DNA of 64,000 nucleotides, from the NCBI RefSeq assembly GCF_017302975.1, contig NZ_JAFIMT010000003.1; one strand, given 5' to 3'. A program made the position numbers and the translations under genes. The notes under the pieces were generated by a model. The model made no database searches. It saw only the letters and a list, made by a program, of their open reading frames with translations, and had not been told where the DNA came from. This document shows positions 50,720 to 61,300 of the stretch, in pieces; position 1 is the first letter of the stretch, and each line of letters starts with the position of its first letter. The stretch is from Corallococcus exiguus. GTDB lineage: Bacteria; Myxococcota; Myxococcia; Myxococcales; Myxococcaceae.

Positions 50720-53700
50720 CTACGGGTTGAGCTCCACCACGGCGTCGGCTTCCTGGACGTGCACACCGGAGGTGGTCGCGTTGCCGACGGCCGCCACGCG
50801 CGAGCCGCCCAGGATGATGACGGAGTGGGCATACGGATCCGGCACCGGCTCCGGCGGGAGGGGCCGGATGCCCGCGTCCTGCACCGGGATGGGGCCGGTG
50901 GTGCCGCCCGTGTAGAACGAGTCCGCCAGCACCTCGTGCAGCACGGAGACGTTGAGGATGCTCTCCTTCACCGTGGACGCCGCCGAGTCGATGCCGAGCA
51001 CGCTCTTGTCCACCAACTGGAGGGCCTTCTTCGGGTCGCCATCCGCCGCGGTCAGCACGGAGCGCACCTGGCCCTGCACGTCCTCGGGCTTGTCCGCGTG
51101 CATCGCGACGCGGTCCACCAGGTCCCGCAGCGCGCTCGTGGGCGAGTCGTCCTTGGTCACCGCGATGCCATAGAGCGTCCGGGCCGCCATGCTCACGTCC
51201 ATGGTCGCGGGCAGCTTCGAGCGGACGTCCTGCATCGTGGTGTTGTCCAGCACGACCTTGGCGGGGATCTCCGCCCGGGCCTGGGGCGGGAGGGGCGTGG
51301 GTTGGAAGACGAGCTCCGCGAGCAGCGTGGAGAAGGCATCGCTCGCCACGTCGCGGCGGCGCTGGAGTCCGCCCAGGAGCAGCTCCTGGTCCAGGGGCAC
51401 GCCCAGCGTGGAGCCTCCGCCCACGGGTATCTGGAGCGTCAGCCTGTCCGAAGGCATCAGCCACTGGGGACGTACCACCGGCGGGGGCGGCGTCACCGTC
51501 TCCGCTCCCAGCACCACGTTGCCGGTGAAGGTCACCGGCGCTTTCTCCACGCGCAGGACGACGACGTTCACCGCGTCCAGGCACTGGCACCGGTTGCCGC
51601 TGAAGACGGTGGAGTCCGCGCGGCGCAGGTACACCGCGCCCACTCCGCCCTCGCTGCGCAGCTCGTTGCCGGACACGGCGGCGGAGATGACCGCGCCGCC
51701 GTTGCCCAGCAGGAGCAGCGCAGGGCCTCGCGCGGTGATGTCGTTGCCCTCCACCTGCACGCCCCGCTTCGCCTTCACCACCGGCTTCGGGAGGATGGGG
51801 ATGGGCCTGACGAGGAAGTCCACCAGCGCGGGCTGCACCAGCGCCGTCGTCCCCGTGAGGTAGCGCGAGGCCGCCGTGCTGGCGCTCAAGGTGGGTGCGA
51901 AGTCCGCGGCCGTCACCGCGAGCGCGCGGTTGAGCACCGGCCCCGTGGCGAACTTCTGCTTCAACGAACCCAGCTGCACCAGGTCCTCCACGCGAGGCAC
52001 CGACGCGAGCGTGGCGATGGAGGACGGCGAGGAATTGCCGGCGACCGTGCGGCCATCCGTGCCCGGTTTGGGCACCGGGTCCGTGGCGAGGAAGGGCACG
52101 CGCGACAGCTTCGCCACCAGGTCCACAGGCAGCGTGTCGGTGACGACGAGGACGCCCGCGCCTCCACCACCGCCGCCCGCGTGGCGCACGGTGTTGCCGC
52201 GCACCACCGTCTCGCCTCGCCAGTCGATGGCCACCTCGTGGAGCACCGCCTGCGGTAGCGAGTTGCCGCTCTCCAGGAAGACGTTGCCCTTCACCACCAG
52301 TTCGCCGGAGCCCACGAAGGAGGCCACCGCCTGGCCCAGGCCGGGCTCGCCCGCGGTGGGCAGGCCCGCGCATGCGAAGAGGTGGTTGTCGGAGACCACC
52401 GTCACGGACAGGTCCGGCCGCAGCCGCAAGCCCGACACCGCGCAGCCCTCCAGTCGGTTGCCGTCCACATCCAGCAGCGAGCCTGGATCCGTGGGCGCCT
52501 CCGTCAGCAGGTGCCCCGCCGCGCCCAGGGCGGTGATGCCGGTGACGGTGTCGCGCACGGTGTTGTCCGCCAGCCGCACGCGGCCCTGCACGCCGGACAC
52601 GAAGAGGCCGTCCGCGGGCAACGGGAAGGTGTCGAAGAGGGGGTCCACCAGGTCGCCGGGGTCCGGGGCCTCGCCGCGCGCCAGTTGCTCCAGCGACTTG
52701 CGCAGCATGTCCAGGATGGCGTCCAGTTCCTGCATGCCGGTGACGACGGCGACGAGCGACGCGGAGACCTTGTCGGAGCGCTGGCGCAGGTACTCCTGGA
52801 GCCGCGCGACTCGCGATGCGTCGTCCTCGGCGGGATCCAGGGCCTGCTCCACGGCGCGCAGCAGGACCGCGGCGGCGTCCAGCTCGGCCGTCACCGTGCT
52901 GGATTTGGCGACAGCCTCCGCGGCGGTGGTCGCGGGCTCGTCCACCAGGAGGTGCAGGGCCTGGCGCGAGGGCACGCCGCCGTTGCCGCTGGTGAGCGCG
53001 GTGATGGCGTCGCTCACTCGCTGGAGCGCCAGCGTGCGGAGCCTCCCCTGGATGCCCGCGATGTCGAGCACGCGGTCGTACTGGGAGAGGTAGAGCTGCA
53101 ACGAGCCGCTGAGCACCGGCCCTGGTGCCATGCCGCGCACGGCCAGCACCAGCGCGCCCAGGGCGGAGACCCAGCGCTCCAGCGGCTCCGCCTTCGGCGT
53201 CACGGGCGGTAGGGGCATGGGCAGCACGTCCAGCGTCTGCACACGGATGCGGTCCAGGAGACTCCGGGCGATGGCCACCTGCTCCAGGCGCTTCTGCGGC
53301 TGGGCGATGGCGTCGAGCACCGCCTGGTGCGCCTGCAACGAAAGCGCGGACAGCTCCGCGTCGCCGCTCACCAGTTCGCCCAGCTGCCCCACCGCGGTGC
53401 CGAAGGCGCGCAGCTGCTTCTCCACTGTGTCGTCGGATTCCGTGACGAGGCCCGCCGCCTGCCGGTCCAGGTTCGTGGCGTACAGGCCGATGGTGGCGGT
53501 GAGCCCCTGCGCCGCGATGCGCGTGCCGTCCTCCGGCGCGACGTCCGACGGGGGCAGCACGCCGGTGGTGAAGTCCAGCACCTGCTTGAGCGTGGCGCGC
53601 ATGCGGTCCACCACCGGCTGCATCTTGCCGCCGGTGCGCTCCACGTCGCGGTAGTCCGCCTCCACCTGCGAGGCCAACGCGGGGTGGAGCTCCTGGAGTT

Positions 53701-56700
53701 GATCGGTCAGGGCCTCCTTGGACAGGCGCAGCTGCACGAGAACGTCCGTGTTGGCCTTCGCGTCCCGGGTGCCTGGCTGGAGCGGCAGCTGTTGTAGCGC
53801 GGCCTGAGCGAAGGTCCCGATGATGGTCTTCTTGGGTCCCACCGCCTGGCCGATGACGGGCTGCCGCGCGCGCTGCGCCTGCGCCTCGCGCAGCTGGGCC
53901 ACCTGGCTCAGCGCCCCCGCCAGCGTGACGATCGCGGTCAGGTCACCCGGCCCGCCCTGCACCCGGGCCAGGGCCTTGAGGAGGAATTCCCCCGTGTCGG
54001 AGGGCAGGCCCTGCACCAGCGAGTCGAAGGCGCCCTTGATGCGGTCCGCCGTCGCCGCCACGGCGTCCTTGCCGGACACGGTGGCCAGGTCGAACTGCGC
54101 CACCATGTCCCACGCGTCCTGGGACACGGGGTCCGGCGCGGTGAAGCTGGAGGCGCGGCTCAGCGACGAGCGCACCGCGTGCGCGGTCTGGGTGTGGTCG
54201 TTGAAGCTCTGGGCGGCGCGCAGCTCCGCGATGTCGTTCTCCAGCGCGGAGAGAATGGAGTCGGGCACGGTCCCCAGGTCCTCCAGCTCCACCACCAGGG
54301 TGTCGAGCGGGCCGTACAGGCCCCGGCCAGCCTTCTGGCGTCCGTCCACGTTCGCGCCCGTGTACTGCAACACGATGGAGTACAGGCCCACCACGGCGCC
54401 GTGCACGTCCGCGCGCTCCGGGCGGACGGTGGAGCTCGTGACACTGAGTTGCTGGAGCACCACGGTGATGGGCGGCAGCTTCACCGGGCCCGTCACGGGC
54501 GGCGGCTGCGTCGTCGTCACCGGCGCGTGCACGCCGTCCACCTCGTTGCCCTCCACGGTGATGCCGGAGCCGGACACCACCGCGATGCCCGCCGCGCGCA
54601 CCTCCGCGTCCGGGAGTCCGGGCGCGCCGTAGGCCTGCGTACGCCCCACCTGGAGCAGCCGGTTGCCGCGCACCTGCGCCTCGTCCACGCCCGCGAGCAC
54701 CACCGCGCCCCGGAGCGTCAGCCGCTCCAGCCAGCGCAGCGCCGCGTCCAGGGGGGCGCGCACGCGGGTCGTGGCGTTGGCGAGCAGCGCCTCCACGAGC
54801 GGCCGGGGACGGGCCTTCGCGTCCGCGCTCAGCACGGCCTCCAGGCCCGGATCCAGGCGGGACAGCGCCAGCGTGTTGTCCTCCTGCGACGGCACGTCCG
54901 CGAGCGCCACCTGTTCGAAGCGGTTGTCCTCCACGCGCAGGCGTCCTACCGCGCCGCCCGTGCCCCAGGTGCGCACGGCCGAGTCCCCCAGCGCGCGCAC
55001 CACGTTGCCCCGGATGCGCACGTCGAACACCGGCTGCGGACCGCCCAGCAGGATGCCGAAGCCCGGCGTGGACTCGCCGTCGCCTTCGATGCGGTTGTCC
55101 ACCACCTCCACGTCCGAGGCGGGGCGGCCGTTGGACGCGCCGTCATCCAAGCCGTCGCCCACGACGATGCCGGCCACCACGCCCAGCACGGACGCGGCGG
55201 GCACGGCTGGCAGGGAGATCCAGGACTCGCGCACTCGCAGCGCCCGGCCCGCCAGCTGGATGCCTACCTGGAACAGGCTGTCCGACACGGCGTTGCGGAT
55301 CTCATTGCCCACGACGTCCACGCCGTCGCCCGCGACCTGGATGCCCACGGCCGCGGAGCCCAGAATCTGGTTCTCCGCCACCACCACGCGGTCCACCGGC
55401 CCCGCGAGTCCCCCTTCCGCCAGGTCCTGTACCAGGATGCCCACGTGGAAGCCCTGGATGCGGTTGCCGCGCACCTCCACGCCCGCCAGGCGCCCGTCCG
55501 CCACGTGGATGCCGGTGGTCGCGTCCCCCAGCGGCTGGAGCCGGTTGTTGGTGATGGCCAGCGCGTCCACGAAGAGGCCCGCGCGCGGGAAGGACGCGAG
55601 GAAGCGCTCCGCGAGATACGGGGCATACGGCGCCACCGCGATGCCTGTCGCCGCGCCGACGCGGTTCTCGTCGATGACGATGCGCTCGCAGGTGCCCGTC
55701 ACCAGCACGCCTGTCGCCTCGGAGCCGGCCTGGTTCGCCTGGATGTGGCAGCGGCGCAGCGTCACGCCGCTGGAGTCCGCCAGCGTCACCACGCCGTGCG
55801 GCAGCGCAGCCAGCGCGTCGAGCAGCGGCTTCGCTTCCGGCACGTCCTCCAGTGGCTGACCCGGGTGCTGGCGTTGCAGCTTGCGCAGCTGCACCAGCGT
55901 GGCCACCACGGAGCCCGCCGCGCGGCCCTGGCCCGGGACGATGGCCTTGATGCGGTCGACGACCACGTCCACGAAGTCGGCTTCGGCGGACGGGTGCTTC
56001 ACGTCGTCCTCCTCCAGCACCCGGTCGTCGTCCACCTCCACCAGCGGCACGAAGCGCTGGCCGTTCGACATGGCCACGCTCGTCTTCACCGCCTTCACCA
56101 CGGGCTGGAGGCCTCCGCCAATCACCACGTCCTCGAAGGGGGCCTCCACCAGCTTGAGGTCCTCGATGCGCACGTCTCCATCCAGGCCGCAGCGGTCCAC
56201 GAAGAAGGCACCGCCGGAGCCCTGGGTGCGCAGCTCGGTGGCTTCGCCGTCGCCCAGGAGGTGCACGGAGGAGAGGCCGCGCAGGAGCACGGGGTGCTCC
56301 AGCTTGTAGCGGCCGGCTCGCACGAAGATGGATCCGCCCTGCCCTCCCATCCGGTCCACCGCCGCCTGGAGCGCCTCGTCGCCGGTGATGCCTTCGAGCA
56401 GATCCTGGTCGACGTCGCCGAAGCTGCGCACGCCGTCGCCCACCACCACCGTGAAGACGCCTGGGCCGATGACGCGCTCGGAGAGCTCCACCAATCTGTC
56501 TCGCACCTGGGCGAGCGGCAGGTAGCGCGGGCGCAGGTCCTCGAAGATTCGCGTCTCACCGCCTGTCACTCGCGCCAGGGGCACGCAGTGGTGCACTGGA
56601 CCGTGCACGGGCGCGTCCGTGAGCTGCTCGACCTCCCCACGGGCCGCGCCGTCCGCCGCCCGCACTCGCACGGTGAAGGACCAGTATTCGGTCGCGCGCC

Positions 56701-58327
56701 CCTCCGTGTTGCCGAAGGCCAGCGTGATGCCGTCGTCGAAGCGGTAGCGCGTATTGGGCACCAGCAGGTCGCCGCCGTCCCACCTACGCACCACCGCGCC
56801 CTGATCCGGACTGAAGGCCCGGCCCAGCGTGCCTCCCACGGGGAGCGGCACGGGGTCCGTGGTGAGCACGGTGCTCGCGTCCGCCAGCTCCAGCCTGCCC
56901 GTGTCCGCCTGGACGCCTCGCAGCCTCCGCAGCACTGGCAGCGACGGGCCTTCGGGCTGGAGCCGGGTGACCCGGTCCTCGATGACGACGAGGTCTCCCG
57001 CGCGCAGCTTCGCGGCGCTCGCGGGGGAGACCTGGAGCGTCATCGCATCCGCCGCCGCGGGCGCGGTGAGTGGGAGCACCGTGGAGCCGTTGTCTCGCGA
57101 CCACAGCACCACCGGCTGCGCGCCGCCTCGGAAGAACTCCACGCGGAAGTGGAGGTTGTCGGAGCCCGTGTAGCCCTCTCCCGTGGAGGCGCTCTCCGTG
57201 GACAGGCAGCGGTCTCGGCAGGGGTCCAGCGGCTCCGGTGGGAAGCGGTCCGGCAGCGCGCCCTTCGGGATGTTGGTGGTGAGGCGTGCGCCGCTGGTGG
57301 GCGTGGGCAGGACCTCCGCGCCGGCGTCAGCCAGCCCCTGGAGCGCGCGCACCTGGGTGACGAGCCGCAGGCGCACGGTGGTGTCCTGGCCGTCCAGCGC
57401 GGGCTCCTCCAGGAACGCGTCGTCGTACTGGGTGGTGGTCTGCTCCCAGCAGTCGAGGAAGAAGAAGTGGTGCCGCGAGCCGTCCGTGGGCAGCGCCGCC
57501 AGCGGATCCGCCTCCGGAAGATCCGGCTGCACGGAGTAGCGCAGGTCCTGCTCCAGGAAGATGCGCACGCCGTCGAGCAGCATGCGGCCCGCGCCCGGCA
57601 GCGTCCCGTCACCACCCCTTATAATGATATCGGCCCCCAGCGCCGCGTCCTCCACTCGCAGCGCGGCCACCCACGTGCGGGCCACGGGCGGCAGGCCCAG
57701 CACGCCCCAGGAGCTCAGCTTCGTGGGGTCCACGCCCGCGAACGCGGCGACGGGGAAGCGCACGTCGTTCCAGCCCGTGGGCCGCTGCCCCAGACCGGCG
57801 GACAGGACCGCTTCGTTCCCTTCCGTGTCCGCGACGACCACTCGCAGGTCGATGAACTCATCATCGGTGAGCGGTCGTTCGAAGCGCAGGCCGATGACGA
57901 GCACGGAGGCGGTGAAGGTGGTGCTGTCCGAGCGCGGCACGGCCGTGAGGTCCAACGGCGCGGGCAGCGTGCGGCGCAGCGCGATGTGGCCCCGGCTGCG
58001 CACCACGAACGGCAGCGTCTCCGAGTCGTAGCGGTCCAGGCGCAGCTCGCGCGGGATGATGCGCTCGTCGTCCGCGGGCAGGCCCTGCCCCGTCCACCCG
58101 AGCACGTTGCGGATGGGATCCACCAGGTACGTGTCGACGATGCGGAAGCCGTCGTCGGGCGAGCCCTCGGCGACGTCGGCGGAGCGGCGGCGCGAGTCCA
58201 CGGTGCGCAGCCGCACCTCCTCGTTCCAGTCAGCGTCGAGGCTCATGCGCCCCATCTGCTGATAGACGCCGGAGAATCGCCGGGCTTCGTCGAAGCGGGA
58301 CCTGGAGGTGTACGCTTTCACGGTCAT
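50720..58327 (-). CDS. Giant fibre/tailspike-like protein (2,535 aa) with right-handed parallel beta-helix (PbH1) repeats
   Basis: Start MTVKAYTSRSRFDEARRF at 58327, ATGA-coupled to the upstream stop 58324. The ORF-track start at 59698 adds about 460 aa of Arg/Gly junk that overlaps the upstream gene. Motifs: DADWNEEV; many NxIxGNxVxxxGxxAV-type beta-helix repeats. Confidence 0.65.
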   Translation of the reverse strand: MTVKAYTSRSRFDEARRFSGVYQQMGRMSLDADWNEEVRLRTVDSRRRSADVAEGSPDDGFRIVDTYLVDPIRNVLGWTGQGLPADDERIIPRELRLDRYDSETLPFVVRSRGHIALRRTLPAPLDLTAVPRSDSTTFTASVLVIGLRFERPLTDDEFIDLRVVVADTEGNEAVLSAGLGQRPTGWNDVRFPVAAFAGVDPTKLSSWGVLGLPPVARTWVAALRVEDAALGADIIIRGGDGTLPGAGRMLLDGVRIFLEQDLRYSVQPDLPEADPLAALPTDGSRHHFFFLDCWEQTTTQYDDAFLEEPALDGQDTTVRLRLVTQVRALQGLADAGAEVLPTPTSGARLTTNIPKGALPDRFPPEPLDPCRDRCLSTESASTGEGYTGSDNLHFRVEFFRGGAQPVVLWSRDNGSTVLPLTAPAAADAMTLQVSPASAAKLRAGDLVVIEDRVTRLQPEGPSLPVLRRLRGVQADTGRLELADASTVLTTDPVPLPVGGTLGRAFSPDQGAVVRRWDGGDLLVPNTRYRFDDGITLAFGNTEGRATEYWSFTVRVRAADGAARGEVEQLTDAPVHGPVHHCVPLARVTGGETRIFEDLRPRYLPLAQVRDRLVELSERVIGPGVFTVVVGDGVRSFGDVDQDLLEGITGDEALQAAVDRMGGQGGSIFVRAGRYKLEHPVLLRGLSSVHLLGDGEATELRTQGSGGAFFVDRCGLDGDVRIEDLKLVEAPFEDVVIGGGLQPVVKAVKTSVAMSNGQRFVPLVEVDDDRVLEEDDVKHPSAEADFVDVVVDRIKAIVPGQGRAAGSVVATLVQLRKLQRQHPGQPLEDVPEAKPLLDALAALPHGVVTLADSSGVTLRRCHIQANQAGSEATGVLVTGTCERIVIDENRVGAATGIAVAPYAPYLAERFLASFPRAGLFVDALAITNNRLQPLGDATTGIHVADGRLAGVEVRGNRIQGFHVGILVQDLAEGGLAGPVDRVVVAENQILGSAAVGIQVAGDGVDVVGNEIRNAVSDSLFQVGIQLAGRALRVRESWISLPAVPAASVLGVVAGIVVGDGLDDGASNGRPASDVEVVDNRIEGDGESTPGFGILLGGPQPVFDVRIRGNVVRALGDSAVRTWGTGGAVGRLRVEDNRFEQVALADVPSQEDNTLALSRLDPGLEAVLSADAKARPRPLVEALLANATTRVRAPLDAALRWLERLTLRGAVVLAGVDEAQVRGNRLLQVGRTQAYGAPGLPDAEVRAAGIAVVSGSGITVEGNEVDGVHAPVTTTQPPPVTGPVKLPPITVVLQQLSVTSSTVRPERADVHGAVVGLYSIVLQYTGANVDGRQKAGRGLYGPLDTLVVELEDLGTVPDSILSALENDIAELRAAQSFNDHTQTAHAVRSSLSRASSFTAPDPVSQDAWDMVAQFDLATVSGKDAVAATADRIKGAFDSLVQGLPSDTGEFLLKALARVQGGPGDLTAIVTLAGALSQVAQLREAQAQRARQPVIGQAVGPKKTIIGTFAQAALQQLPLQPGTRDAKANTDVLVQLRLSKEALTDQLQELHPALASQVEADYRDVERTGGKMQPVVDRMRATLKQVLDFTTGVLPPSDVAPEDGTRIAAQGLTATIGLYATNLDRQAAGLVTESDDTVEKQLRAFGTAVGQLGELVSGDAELSALSLQAHQAVLDAIAQPQKRLEQVAIARSLLDRIRVQTLDVLPMPLPPVTPKAEPLERWVSALGALVLAVRGMAPGPVLSGSLQLYLSQYDRVLDIAGIQGRLRTLALQRVSDAITALTSGNGGVPSRQALHLLVDEPATTAAEAVAKSSTVTAELDAAAVLLRAVEQALDPAEDDASRVARLQEYLRQRSDKVSASLVAVVTGMQELDAILDMLRKSLEQLARGEAPDPGDLVDPLFDTFPLPADGLFVSGVQGRVRLADNTVRDTVTGITALGAAGHLLTEAPTDPGSLLDVDGNRLEGCAVSGLRLRPDLSVTVVSDNHLFACAGLPTAGEPGLGQAVASFVGSGELVVKGNVFLESGNSLPQAVLHEVAIDWRGETVVRGNTVRHAGGGGGGAGVLVVTDTLPVDLVAKLSRVPFLATDPVPKPGTDGRTVAGNSSPSSIATLASVPRVEDLVQLGSLKQKFATGPVLNRALAVTAADFAPTLSASTAASRYLTGTTALVQPALVDFLVRPIPILPKPVVKAKRGVQVEGNDITARGPALLLLGNGGAVISAAVSGNELRSEGGVGAVYLRRADSTVFSGNRCQCLDAVNVVVLRVEKAPVTFTGNVVLGAETVTPPPPVVRPQWLMPSDRLTLQIPVGGGSTLGVPLDQELLLGGLQRRRDVASDAFSTLLAELVFQPTPLPPQARAEIPAKVVLDNTTMQDVRSKLPATMDVSMAARTLYGIAVTKDDSPTSALRDLVDRVAMHADKPEDVQGQVRSVLTAADGDPKKALQLVDKSVLGIDSAASTVKESILNVSVLHEVLADSFYTGGTTGPIPVQDAGIRPLPPEPVPDPYAHSVIILGGSRVAAVGNATTSGVHVQEADAVVELNP

Positions 58328-61300
58328 GGTCGGCTCATCCGAACGAGGTCGTCCTGGCTGCGGTCGGCGTGGAAGGGCGTGATGCCAATGGGCATGCTGT
58401 CGTCGGTGCGCGCGGAGAGTTCGCGCTCGTGGTCGGAGCGCTCGTCGTGGGCACCGGGGACTCCGCCGCGCTCGGAGGCGTGGAGCGCTTCGGGTCCGTT
58501 GTTGTCGCCCAGGACGAGGTAGCCCGGGTCCGTCTGGCGGTTCGACTGGAAGGACACGGTGTGCACCCGCGACTGGTGCGACACCGGAGGCTGTCCGCCA
58601 CGCGCGAAGAGGCTGTAGCGCAGCCAGCCCAGGTCCGGCCGGTCCGTGCGCACCTCGCCCGCGAAGGCGCAGGAGGAGGCCTCCAGCACGCCCGCTTCCG
58701 TGGCGCCCAGCACCGTGCAGTGCCGCAGTCGCACGGTCGCGCCCGCGGCTCGGATGGCGACGGCGTCGCGGTCTCCGGCGTCGAAGGTGCAGCCCGCGGC
58801 GATGAGGTGCACCCAGGGCGGCAGTTCGATGACGCCCACCATGCAGCCGTAGAGGCGCAGCTCCACGTCGGCGGGAGGCAGCGAACGCCGCGCGCTGATG
58901 TCCTGGTGCCCACCGCCCGGCATCCACAGGCCCACCTGTCCAGGCGCGCCCAGGTTGCACCAGCGCAGGTCCGCCTGCCCCCGAGCGAGCACCAGGTCCA
59001 GCCGTCCCGCGAGCCACAGGCCCGCGAGCCACACGCGCGTGGCCGCGCTGCCTCCGAAGCCCGGGTAGAGCGCCAGCGAAAGGCCGTGCTCGTCCGCGCC
59101 GATGCAGGGCGCCGCGCCCGTGTCCGCGGCGAAGAGGGACAGCCCGTTGTCCAGGCCCTGCGACAGACGCTCCGGAGCCAGCCGCGGCGAACCGATGAGG
59201 CCCAGCACCGGAGGCGCTCCGGATGGGCTTCCTTCCGCGACGTTCACGATGTCCGGCGGTGCATGGCCTCCAGTCACGAGCACCGCCGGCGCGCCGGTTG
59301 CGACGATGGGTCGCGCCTGGCCTCCAGCCGTCAGCACCGGAGATGCTCCGAACAGGAGTCCATCCGCGACGGTGGCGACGATGGGCCGCTCCTGGCCTCC
59401 GGCCGCCAGCACTCCGCCCGCGCGCTCCGGAGAGATCCACGCGGTGACAGGAAGGCCGGTGCCGGAGCGGTCGCCAGGACGGTCCGGCGGATCGATGAAC
59501 GGGAAGTCCGGCTCCGCCCACGCGGCGGGCGGACGGCGGTCCGGCGGAAGCAGCCCCGCTCCCAATGAGGCGCCCCGCCCTACCCGCGCGGAGACGGTGA
59601 CGCGGCCCACGGGAGCGTCGTCCTGGAGCACGACGCGGCCCAGGCGGGGATCCACCGCGACGATGCCGGCGGCGATGCTCGGAGCGAGCGTCGTCCACGG
59701 GCCCAGGCTTCGCTGGCGCAGCTGGAACGGGTGGCGACTCAGCCGTCCGGGCACCGAGTAGCGCCGCGCGCCGCCGGCCACGGAAGCATCCCGCGAGTGG
59801 TACGCGCCACCGGGCCGGGAATCGAGCGGGAGCGGCTGGCCCTCGCGAGGCTCGATGAAGGCGGCGCCGTCGTTGGCGACGTTGAAGCGCAGGAGCTCAT
59901 CCGGGAGCAGGGCCAACTCTGGCAGGAAGGCCAGGTAGCCGCGCCCGCCCAGTGAGAAGACGACCTCCGACGCGGGCAGCGGCGCCGGATCCGTGAGGAG
60001 CACGCGCCCATCGACGTACAGCGCTTCGCCCGGAACCGGAGGGTTCGTGCCCGAGGTCTCCAGCGGTCCGGCGACCCATGCATCCTCGCCTGCCTTCAGC
60101 GTCATCCGTTGAGGACGCGTCGTGTCCGCCCAGACGAGCGCCTCCACGCCGTCGGCGGTGATGGTCGCAACGAGCGTGCCGGGCAGGTTCGCGGCGATGG
60201 GCAGTGGGGCCAGGGGGCGCCAGACAGGGCTCGCGGAGGCCGGGTCACAGAGCATTACCGGCACGGCCAGTTCTCCCGTCACGGCCTCTCCGCCCAGGAG
60301 CATCAGTCCTTGCGCCGTGCTCAGCAGCGTCGCGGCCTTGCGCTCCTGGCGGTTGCGCACCGCATGGGGCCGCCACGGTCCGCCCGTGACCGACAGCGAC
60401 CAGAGGTCTCCGGTGGGCGCACCGCCCAGGTCACCGCCGAAGACGAAGACCCGGCCGCCACGCACGCACAGGCTGGGAGCCAGTCGCGCCGAGGGCTGCC
60501 GTGGGCTCGCGGTGTCCAACCGCGTCCCCGTCGGAGTCGCGGTGTCCAGACCCGTCACCGACCACACGCCCAGCTTCCCCGTGCCGTCCGGTGCCACCAG
60601 CAACAGCGAGTCACCAGCGATGGCCAGGGACATGCCTGGACCGTCTGGAGGCAACGCGCCGATGAGTTCCGCCACCTGCCAGGGCGCACCGTCAGCGCTC
60701 GCGTCGAAGCGGGCAAGGCGCAGGCTGCCGTCCGCGAGGTGTTGCTCGATGCGAGCGACCCACGGAGCACCGGCCAGGTCCACGCGGATGGCGTTGCTGC
60801 GAGGAGTCCCCTGGCGCAGACCCACGGTGAGGGTGCGCCACGTGCCGTCCACATCGCGCAGGCGCGGATCACCGCGCACCCGTTCAACGAGCAACGCCGC
60901 CGTGGTGCCCCCCAGGAGCTGGTTCGCTTCCGGCGTGACGGTGACGGTGTTCAGTGCATCCGACACCAGTTCGGTGGACAGGAGCACCGTGTCCGAGTTC
61001 TCACGCGCGGCCAGCAGCGTCAGTCGCCAGGTGTCTCCGGGCGAAGGCCTGCCCCGGTCCGCGAAGCGAAGCGTGGGGGCGGGCCCCACGGGCGCGGTGG
61101 GCAGCGGTCCACGCAGGAGCGGCAGGGCTTCCGGTCCCACCAGCGGAATGCCGTCGACGGAGACAGTGATGGCATCCGCGCGTTCAGCAGCGTTGGCGTC
61201 CTCGGCCAGCGAGGTAGGGGTCAGCAGCATCGCCGCCGTGCGTCCCGTGACGAGCGACGGAGGCGCGGGCTCATGGCGAGCGGTGAGGCCTCCAGTGAGG

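Noticed and set aside
50472-52373. 633-aa minus-strand ORF and 591-aa plus-strand ORF inside the giant fibre-like gene
   Set aside because: Alternative-frame and antisense artefacts with Arg/Gly-rich composition.
58328-59698. 460-aa N-terminal extension of the giant fibre-like ORF
   Set aside because: Arg/Gly-rich, and it overlaps the 3' end of the gpI-like gene; the start at 58327 is ATGA-coupled and is followed immediately by non-repetitive coding sequence.
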